Assembly: GCA_944391225.1 (NCBI GenBank)
Contig: CALXSS010000003.1
Span: forward strand, 4,715-68,714
Source: an uncultured Clostridia bacterium
Lineage (GTDB): Bacteria; Bacillota; Clostridia; UBA1381
Length of the DNA stretch: 64,000 nucleotides
Reading direction: 5' to 3'
Part shown: positions 56,975 to 64,000 of the stretch, piece by piece
How positions within the stretch are numbered: position 1 is the first letter of the stretch
How the letters are laid out: each line of letters opens with the position of its first letter
Made by a program: the position numbers and the translations under genes
Notes under the pieces: model-generated
The model's database searches: none
Seen by the model: the letters and a program-made list of their open reading frames with translations, nothing else
What the model was told of the DNA's origin: nothing

Positions 56975-58363
56975 TCAGCCTCTAAGCTCTTTATCTATTG
57001 CCTCAGCAGCCTTCTTTCCTGCGCCCATTGCAAGAATAACTGTTGCGGCACCTGTTACAACATCTCCGCCTGCATATACCTTAGCCTTTGTTGTCTTGCC
57101 GACCTCATCTGCTATGATACATCCGCGGTTGTTTGTTTCAAGACCTTCTGTTGTCTGTCTGATAAGCGGATTAGGCGACTGTCCTATCGATACAACGACT
57201 GTATCCATTTCCAATACCTCTTCGCTGCCCTTTACCGGAACAGGACGGCGTCTGCCGCTCTCGTCAGGCTCTCCAAGCTCCATATGTATTACTTCCATAC
57301 CTGTTACCCAGCCATCCTCATTGCCGAGTATCTTTACAGGATTCTGTAAAAGCTTGAATATGATACCCTCCTGCTCTGCATGCTCTACCTCTTCAGCTCT
57401 TGCAGGGAGCTCCTCTCTGCCGCGTCTGTATATGATATATACATTTTCAGCTCCGAGACGCTTAGCACATCTTGCCGCATCCATAGCAACGTTGCCGCCG
57501 CCAAGAACCGCTACATTCTTGCCTACATATACGGGAGTATCATATTCAGGGAATTTATAGCCCTTCATAAGGTTGATTCTTGTAAGGAACTCGTTAGCTG
57601 AATATACGCCGTTAAGACTTTCGCCCTCAATGCCCATGAACTTCGGAAGTCCTGCGCCTGAGCCGATATATACAGCATCATATCCCATCTCGTTGAACAG
57701 CTCGTCGACAGTAAGGGTTCTGCCTATAACAACATTTGTTTCAATGTCAACGCCCATCTTTTTAAGGTTCGATATCTCTTTCTGAACTATGTCCTTTGGA
57801 AGTCTGAACTCAGGTATACCGTACATAAGAACGCCGCCCGCTGTATGGAATGCCTCGTATACAGTTACCTTATAGCCCATCTTTGCAAGATCGCCGGCAA
57901 CGGTAAGTCCTGAAGGACCTGATCCTACTACTGCTACCTTCTTGCCGTTCGGCTCCGGAATGCTGACCTCATCCTCGCAGTTTGCCATATGATAGTCCGC
58001 TGCAAAACGCTCAAGTCTGCCTATGCCTACCGGCTCGCCTTTTATACCGCGCACACACTGTGCCTCGCACTGCTTTTCCTGCGGGCATACTCTGCCGCAG
58101 ATAGCCGGAAGCGCATTAGTTTCCTTTATCTTCTGATACGCACCCTCAAAATCGCCGTTTTTCATCAGTGATATGAACTCCGGTATCTTTACCGATACAG
58201 GGCAGCCGTTCATACACGGCTTATGCTTACAATTAAGGCAGCGGTTAGCCTCATCAACAGCCATTTCCGGTGTATAGCCTGTTGTTACCTCAAGAAAATT
58301 CTTGTTTCTGACATCCGGCGCCTGCTCAGGCATCGGATTTTTATCCATTCTCATATTTGGCAT
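56975..58363 (-). CDS. nfnB: NADPH-dependent glutamate-synthase-small-chain-like oxidoreductase (NfnB-type)
   Basis: 2x[4Fe-4S]-type Cys clusters (CLNCKHKPCMNGCP, CGRVCPQEKQCEAQC), GSGPSGL and GGGNVAMD nucleotide folds. Paired with an NfnA-type gene. Confidence 0.85.
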   Translation of the reverse strand: MPNMRMDKNPMPEQAPDVRNKNFLEVTTGYTPEMAVDEANRCLNCKHKPCMNGCPVSVKIPEFISLMKNGDFEGAYQKIKETNALPAICGRVCPQEKQCEAQCVRGIKGEPVGIGRLERFAADYHMANCEDEVSIPEPNGKKVAVVGSGPSGLTVAGDLAKMGYKVTVYEAFHTAGGVLMYGIPEFRLPKDIVQKEISNLKKMGVDIETNVVIGRTLTVDELFNEMGYDAVYIGSGAGLPKFMGIEGESLNGVYSANEFLTRINLMKGYKFPEYDTPVYVGKNVAVLGGGNVAMDAARCAKRLGAENVYIIYRRGREELPARAEEVEHAEQEGIIFKLLQNPVKILGNEDGWVTGMEVIHMELGEPDESGRRRPVPVKGSEEVLEMDTVVVSIGQSPNPLIRQTTEGLETNNRGCIIADEVGKTTKAKVYAGGDVVTGAATVILAMGAGKKAAEAIDKELRG

Positions 58364-58411
58364 GATATATATATGCTCCTTTCACAAATCCAGATGAAAT
58401 ATGTACGGATA

Positions 58412-59263
58412 TTATTCCGGTCTGTTCGTTCTGCCTATGCGGCAATGACCCTCTTCGCAAGCTCTTGCCTCATAGTCCTTGAACATTCTTCCACGCTTCA
58501 TTGCGCTGTCCCAATCGACTTTATGTCCGTCAAAGTCAGGACCGTCAACGCAAGCAAACTTTGTTTCTCCGCCTACGATTATTCGGCAGCCGCCGCACAT
58601 TCCTGTTCCGTCGATCATTACCGGGTTCATGCTTACCATTGTCGGTATGTTATACTTCTCTGTCAGCTTGCATACGAATTTCATCATTACAAGCGGACCT
58701 ATTGCGATCACCTCGTCAAACTTTTCTCCCGCAACGATCTCCTTTTCGAGCATATCGGTTACAAAGCCCTGATTTCCGTTTGAGCCGTCATCTGTAGCAA
58801 TTATAAGCTTATTTGCTATCTGCTTTAGCTCGTCCTCAAGTATAATAAGCTCCTTATTTCTGAAGCCTGTTATAACTGTAACATCAGCGCCGAGCTGGTG
58901 CAGCTTCTTCGCCTGCGGATATGCTATAGCTGTTCCGAGACCTCCGCCTATTACAGCTACCTTTTTCTTGCCATCGAGCGGTGTCGGCTTTCCGAGAGGT
59001 CCGGCAAAATCGCTCAGATATTCTCCAGCCTCCATCTTTGCAAGATCCTTTGTTGTTTTTCCAACTATCTGCACTATTATTGTTACCGTTCCGTTCTCTC
59101 TGTCAAAATCAGCGATAGTAAACGGAACACGCTCTCCGTATTCATCTATTCTGAGGATTATAAACTGTCCAGGCTCCGCCTTGTGTGCTATAAGCGGCGC
59201 ATCGACCTCCATAAGGAATACTGTCGGATTGAGCATTACTTTTTTAATTATTTTGTAAGCCAT
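58412..59263 (-). CDS. nfnA: Ferredoxin-NADP+ reductase-like FAD/NAD-binding subunit (NfnA-type)
   Basis: Start moved to MAYKIIKKVMLNPTVFLMEV (ATG 59263, RBS AAAGGAG). Also RVPFTIADF, GGGLGTA, and the C-terminal CGGCRI...C cluster. Confidence 0.85.
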   Translation of the reverse strand: MAYKIIKKVMLNPTVFLMEVDAPLIAHKAEPGQFIILRIDEYGERVPFTIADFDRENGTVTIIVQIVGKTTKDLAKMEAGEYLSDFAGPLGKPTPLDGKKKVAVIGGGLGTAIAYPQAKKLHQLGADVTVITGFRNKELIILEDELKQIANKLIIATDDGSNGNQGFVTDMLEKEIVAGEKFDEVIAIGPLVMMKFVCKLTEKYNIPTMVSMNPVMIDGTGMCGGCRIIVGGETKFACVDGPDFDGHKVDWDSAMKRGRMFKDYEARACEEGHCRIGRTNRPE

Positions 59264-59353
59264 GTTTAACCATAAACTCCTTTCAGCAAACTGTTTGAAA
59301 AATATATCACTGTGCATATGCTTAATAGTGCCGCCAGGAGAATATATTTCAAA

Positions 59354-60307
59354 CTATGTGATTTTCGTTGTTATTTTATCATAATTGCTATAAATATTCA
59401 ATACTATTTTTATATTTTCTTTAAACCATCCAAAAAAACTCTGCATATCGGGCGCGATTTTTGACATAAAACAAAGCTCCTTCCCTGTTACCGGCTGCAT
59501 GAGCCTTATCTCCTTTGAATGCAGCGCCTGTCGGTCGAAAAGGCTGTGATCCTCTGTGCCGTACAACCAGTCGCCGAGCAGCGGATGGCCTATATATGCC
59601 ATATGCACCCTTATCTGATGCGTCCTGCCTGTTTCGAGCGAAAGCTCTATCAGCGAATACCCCTCGTAACGGCTTATCACTCTGTAATGGGTCACCGCCC
59701 TCTGCCCATCAGGGTGAACTATCCGCTTTAAAAAGCTCTCTCGCATTATCGGCGCATCCACAACGCTGCCCTCCGGTGCGCCCTCGACTATCGCCGCATA
59801 TTTCCGGCTCAATATACCGCTTTTCATCTGCTCCACAAGCTGCGCATGAGAATAGCTGTTCTTTGCTATACACATAACGCCGGAGGTATCCAGATCCAGC
59901 CGGTTGACTGCCCGGAACACATGCGCCTCGCCATTTTTAAGATAATGGGCAACAACACCGTTCGCGAGCGTCCCCGTGAAGTGACCTCGCGACGGATGAG
60001 TAGGCATTCCGCAGGGCTTGTTGACTATAAGAATGTCCTCATCCTCATACAATATATCAAGCTCCATATCCTGCGGGATTATTCCCTCAGACACGCCGTC
60101 ATATATTGCCACACTCAGTTCTGCTCCCTCGCCGACAACATCCACTGTGCGTATATGATCCCCGTCTAACAGTATACCGTCATCATGACGCTTAAGCTCC
60201 TTTATAAGGCTTCCGGATATGCCCCAACGCTCCCTTAAGACCTCATCGACACGCTTTCCGGAATGTTCTTTCTTTACAATATATTTAAGTACCCTTTTAT
60301 TATCCAT
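59354..60307 (-). CDS. RluA-family pseudouridine synthase (RluD-like, N-terminal S4)
   Basis: HRLDLDTSGVMCIAKN (catalytic Asp) and GRTHQIRVHMAYIGHPLLGD. Confidence 0.9.
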   Translation of the reverse strand: MDNKRVLKYIVKKEHSGKRVDEVLRERWGISGSLIKELKRHDDGILLDGDHIRTVDVVGEGAELSVAIYDGVSEGIIPQDMELDILYEDEDILIVNKPCGMPTHPSRGHFTGTLANGVVAHYLKNGEAHVFRAVNRLDLDTSGVMCIAKNSYSHAQLVEQMKSGILSRKYAAIVEGAPEGSVVDAPIMRESFLKRIVHPDGQRAVTHYRVISRYEGYSLIELSLETGRTHQIRVHMAYIGHPLLGDWLYGTEDHSLFDRQALHSKEIRLMQPVTGKELCFMSKIAPDMQSFFGWFKENIKIVLNIYSNYDKITTKIT

Positions 60308-60357
60308 ATATATCTACATCAAAAGAGGCGGTGTTTATATCCCGCCTCGCTGCTTCA

Positions 60358-61383
60358 TTATTTTATTTCGCAGATCCAGCCCTCCGGAGCCTCAACCAAG
60401 CCCATCTGGATACCTGTGAGAGTTTCATAGAGCTTCTGAGTTATAGGACCCATCTTCTCCATTCCGCTTGGCAGACAGATCTCCTTACCATGGTCGTTTA
60501 TCTTACCTACAGGAGATATTACCGCCGCCGTGCCGCACAATCCACACTCTGCAAAATCCTTGATCTCATCAAAGTATACCTCTCTCTCCTCTGTTTCAAG
60601 TCCGAGATATTCCTTCGCAACATACATAAGCGAACGTCTTGTAACCGACGGGAGGATGCTGTCTGACTTAGGCGTTACCACCTTATTGTCCTTTGTGATG
60701 AACAGGAAGTTCGCTCCGCCTGTCTCCTCTACCTTTCTGCGCGTCTGCGGATCAAGATACATATTCTCATCAAAACCCTGCTCATGCGCCTCCACTATTG
60801 CGTGCAGGCTCATTGCATAGTTAAGACCCGCCTTTATATTGCCTGTTCCGCGCGGAGCAGCACGGTCATAATCTGATACCTTGATAGTTATCGGCTTTGC
60901 ACCGCCTTTAAAATACGGGCCTACCGGTGTGGCAAATACCCTATACTGGAACTCTGTTGCGGGCTTCACGCCTATTACAGGATTTATTCCAAACATATAT
61001 GGTCTCAGATACAATGTCGCCCCTGTGCCATACGGCGGAACGTATGCCTCATTCGCTTTTACAACCTGCTTGATAGAATCAATATACTGCTCCTCTGAAA
61101 GCACCGGCATTTCCATTCTTCTTGCCGAATCAGCAAAACGCTTAGCGTTAAGATCCGGACGGAACACTACTGTTCTGCCATCCTGTGTTGTATATGCTTT
61201 CATACCTTCAAAAATAGTCTGAGCGTATTGAAGCACGCATGCGCACTCGCTCATCGTTATGTACGAATCGCTTATGAGCTTGCCCTCATCCCATTTTCCG
61301 TCCTTGTAGGTTGCAACATATCTTTTATCTGTTTCCATGTATCCAAATCCAAGATTGCTCCAATCTATGTTCTTCTTCTCCAT
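60358..61383 (-). CDS. ilvE: Branched-chain amino acid aminotransferase
   Basis: Start moved to MEKKNIDWSNLGFGYMETDKRY (RBS GGAAAGGAA). Class IV aminotransferase motifs (EGMKAY, GTGNIKAGLNY). Confidence 0.9.
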   Translation of the reverse strand: MEKKNIDWSNLGFGYMETDKRYVATYKDGKWDEGKLISDSYITMSECACVLQYAQTIFEGMKAYTTQDGRTVVFRPDLNAKRFADSARRMEMPVLSEEQYIDSIKQVVKANEAYVPPYGTGATLYLRPYMFGINPVIGVKPATEFQYRVFATPVGPYFKGGAKPITIKVSDYDRAAPRGTGNIKAGLNYAMSLHAIVEAHEQGFDENMYLDPQTRRKVEETGGANFLFITKDNKVVTPKSDSILPSVTRRSLMYVAKEYLGLETEEREVYFDEIKDFAECGLCGTAAVISPVGKINDHGKEICLPSGMEKMGPITQKLYETLTGIQMGLVEAPEGWICEIK

Positions 61384-61657
61384 TGTTAAAACTTCCTTTC
61401 CTACTTCCTGAACATATATTAACAATCATCAGACTGATAAAGCCTAAGTTTATTCAGTCAGCTTGATTTATAAAGCCTGTTAAATCGCTAATTTATATTA
61501 TAGCACACTATTATACTGTTTGTAAATACCTTGATATAAATTTTTAACATATTTTTTATGATTTTTTTCTCGATTTTATGTTTAAAAGTCCGAATTTGTG
61601 GTATATATTTATTAGAAGATATGAATATCTCAACTAAGCATATGAGGAGTGAAATTT

Positions 61658-62197
61658 ATGAAGTTCAATATCATTGGAAGAAAATACAACATCAAGGACA
61701 GCGTTCGTGAATACGTTGAAAAAAAACTCAGCAAGCTTGATAAATTTTTCAAGGACGAACCGACCGCGAGAGTGGTATTGGGAACAATCAAAGATAATGA
61801 TTATATCGAAGCTCAGATTAATGCAGGAGGTATGATTTTCAGAGCAGAGGTTGAGGATAAAGAGATCCTCGCTGCTATAGATAAGATTGTGGACATAATC
61901 GAGCGTCAGATAAGAAAGAATAAAACCCGGCTTGCAAAACGTATACGCGAAAATTCGGTTATGGATAACCAGCTCATTATGGGAGGCAGATACTTTGAGG
62001 AAGACGGTGAGGGCGAGTTCGAGATCGTCAAGAAAAAAAGATTTGCTGTTAAGCCCATGAGCACGGAAGAAGCAATATTACAAATGAATTTGCTTGGACA
62101 CAGCTTCTTCGTATTTAAAAATGTAGACACAGATGAAATGAATGTAGTCTACAAGCGTAAAGATGGTAAATACGCACTTATAGAGTCTGTCGATTAA
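61658..62197 (+). CDS. hpf: Ribosome hibernation promoting factor, long form
   Basis: MKFNIIGRKYNIKDSVREYVEKKLSKLDKFF. ATG 61658 lies 8 nt after GAGGAG. C-terminal dimerisation domain KPMSTEEAILQMNLLGHSFFVF. Confidence 0.92.
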   Translation: MKFNIIGRKYNIKDSVREYVEKKLSKLDKFFKDEPTARVVLGTIKDNDYIEAQINAGGMIFRAEVEDKEILAAIDKIVDIIERQIRKNKTRLAKRIRENSVMDNQLIMGGRYFEEDGEGEFEIVKKKRFAVKPMSTEEAILQMNLLGHSFFVFKNVDTDEMNVVYKRKDGKYALIESVD

Positions 62198-62243
62198 AGT
62201 TGTATTATTCTTCGTTTCAATATATTTTTCCTACCTTTTAGGA

Positions 62244-62289
62244 AGAGCCGCTTCTTGACGTATGGGCTTGAAGCGGCTCTTTACTTTTG
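62244..62289. terminator. Bidirectional intrinsic terminator between hpf and recN
   Basis: AGAGCCGCTTC-(15 nt)-GAAGCGGCTCTTTACTTTT. Confidence 0.75.
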
Positions 62290-62292
62290 TCC

Positions 62293-63942
62293 TTATTTTA
62301 CTCCGAGCATTTCGCGAGCGTATTCCTCACCTGCTGCTCCTCCGCCGACTATACGCGCCAGCTCCCGTACTCTGCCATTGATATCAAGCTCCTCAAGGCT
62401 TGTGCTTGCAAGCTCACCTTCAACATCCTTCACGATAAGGAAATGATTATCGGCAGCTGCTGCAAGCTGCGGCAGATGAGTTATACATATCACCTGTTTT
62501 TCTCTGCCTATAGTTTTCAGCTTATCAGCGATCTTCTGAGCAGCGCTTCCCGATACTCCCGTATCTATCTCATCAAATATCATCGTCTCCACACTATCTG
62601 ACTTGGCGAGAATAGACTTTATAGCGAGCATAACTCTTGAAAGCTCTCCGCCTGAGGCTATTCTCACAAGCGGCTTGAGCGCCTCGCCCGGATTTGTCGC
62701 GATCATAAACTCAACGCTGTCCATTCCGTTTGCAGATGGTCGCTGACGTTCGACCTTTACCGAAAATCTCGCTTTTTCCATATTCAGCTCGTGCAGTGCG
62801 CTTTCGATCTCAGCTTCAAGCACCCGCGCTGCTTTTTCTCTCTGCACACTGAGCTTTTCTGCCGCTTTGTTCATATCAGCCGCTATGCTTTCAAGCTCTG
62901 ATTCAAGTTCCTTTATGCGCTCGTCGCTCATAACTATATCATCAAGCTCCGCCTGTGCCTTTTTAGCAAAGCTCAAAATATCATCGACAGTGCTGCCGTA
63001 TTTTCTCTCAAGCCTGTGTATAAGATCCAATCTTTCCTCTGTCTCGTCAAGAGCTCGCGCGTCAAACTCCACGCCGCTGCCGAAATTACGCACTTCTACT
63101 GCCGCATCCTCAACAGTGTACATTGCCGATCTCAGAGCCTCGCAGGCTGATGACAGCTCCGGACTCAATTCTTCAATTTCTGCAACCGCTTCTACAGCCT
63201 CGCTTATCATGTCATAAGCCGACATGCCATCAGGGAACTCATACAGATGAGCATATGCCTTCTGCGCGCATATATTTATCTTTTCCGCATTTTCGAGCAG
63301 CTTGCGAGCAGCTAAAAGCTCCTCCTCCTCGCCCGGGACAAGAGCCGCCGCATTTATTTCGTTTATCTGATAAGTGAGGAATTCTATTTTCTGTTCCTTT
63401 TCCTGCTCGTTTGTACGCAGCCCGCCGATCCTTTTTTCTGTTTTTCTGTATCTGCTGTACAGCTCGCGATATTCGGATATAGCCTGCTCTGAATGCGCAT
63501 AGGCGTCAAGAAACTGTATGTGCCGCTGAGGGTCGAGCAATGCCTGATTATCATGCTGGCCATGAATATTTATAAGCATGTCAGCTATTTCTCTTAAATT
63601 ATTAAGCGTAACGACCGTTCCGTTTATCCTTGCAGTGCTTTTCCCCTCGCTCGTAACGCGGCGAGTTATTATGACCTCATCATCCTCTGTATCAATGTCG
63701 TTTTCCTCAAGCACGGCCCTCACAGGCTCTGTCATACCAAACACCGCCTGCACCTCTGCGCGGTCTGTGCCTCTCCTTACAAGCTCCTTATTAGCTCGGC
63801 TGCCCAGTATCATATTTATAGAGTCTATTATTATCGATTTACCCGCTCCCGTCTCGCCTGTAAGAACGGTAACTCCATCCTTTAAACTTACATCAAGCTT
63901 ATCTATAACGGCAACATTCTTTATTGTAAGTTGTTCAAGCAT
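62293..63942 (-). CDS. recN: DNA repair protein RecN
   Basis: MLEQLTIKNVAVIDKLDVSLKDGVTVLTGETGAGKS (Walker A), long coiled coil, SGGELSRVMLA signature and FDEIDTGVSG. Confidence 0.95.
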   Translation of the reverse strand: MLEQLTIKNVAVIDKLDVSLKDGVTVLTGETGAGKSIIIDSINMILGSRANKELVRRGTDRAEVQAVFGMTEPVRAVLEENDIDTEDDEVIITRRVTSEGKSTARINGTVVTLNNLREIADMLINIHGQHDNQALLDPQRHIQFLDAYAHSEQAISEYRELYSRYRKTEKRIGGLRTNEQEKEQKIEFLTYQINEINAAALVPGEEEELLAARKLLENAEKINICAQKAYAHLYEFPDGMSAYDMISEAVEAVAEIEELSPELSSACEALRSAMYTVEDAAVEVRNFGSGVEFDARALDETEERLDLIHRLERKYGSTVDDILSFAKKAQAELDDIVMSDERIKELESELESIAADMNKAAEKLSVQREKAARVLEAEIESALHELNMEKARFSVKVERQRPSANGMDSVEFMIATNPGEALKPLVRIASGGELSRVMLAIKSILAKSDSVETMIFDEIDTGVSGSAAQKIADKLKTIGREKQVICITHLPQLAAAADNHFLIVKDVEGELASTSLEELDINGRVRELARIVGGGAAGEEYAREMLGVK

Positions 63943-63948
63943 TCGATC

Positions 63949-64000
63949 TCACTCCGTTTTAAATACTATTTTTATTCTCTGCTCAAGCTCTGCTGCCTGT
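63949..64000 (-). CDS. 3' end of an unidentified upstream gene (17 codons visible)
   Basis: My translation: ...QAAELEQRIKIVFKTE*. The stop TGA overlaps the recN RBS. argR/ahrC often sits here in Firmicutes, but the fragment is too short to tell. Confidence 0.3.
   Translation of the reverse strand, partial: QAAELEQRIKIVFKTE

Overview
64-kb chromosomal segment that looks like a Clostridia-type Gram-positive anaerobe. Supporting markers are an SLH-domain wall protein, NfnAB, the YlmC/YmxH sporulation protein, a recF-remB-gyrB cluster and an F-type ATPase operon (atpBEFHAGDC). GC is moderate by eye. I support about 55 protein genes, mostly housekeeping and mostly on the minus strand, plus two tRNAs (Ser-CGA, Pro-CGG), several sigma-A-type promoters and intrinsic terminators. 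I refined many ORF-track starts using RBS position and N-terminal conservation. One short AT-rich stretch (about 25.6-27.2 kb) is a degraded accessory scar holding an IS3-type orfA fragment, a truncated XRE gene and a frameshifted, truncated sensor kinase. I did not recognise any multi-gene protein system (defence, secretion, biosynthesis) that looks novel, and there is no CRISPR array. The unusual content is non-coding. (1) A modular, highly structured repeat family is built around a near-perfect 16-bp terminator hairpin, GGCTGTTGCAAAACTC/GAGTTTGCAACAGCC. It has two long copies (about 230-277 nt, roughly 95 percent identical by eye), two 5'-truncated copies and several degenerate copies. All lie at gene 3' ends or between genes. 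One long copy supplies the stop codon of a 1527-codon glycosidase ORF. Another lies between an upstream gene and mnmE, leaving mnmE no room for a promoter of its own. (2) The putP leader is about 380 nt and packed with seven or more near-perfect hairpins, bracketed by 27-nt direct repeats. (3) Long structured leaders lie upstream of a 3D-domain wall-enzyme gene and of argD-argF. All functional readings of these RNA and repeat features are inference from sequence inspection only. No database search or folding computation was run.
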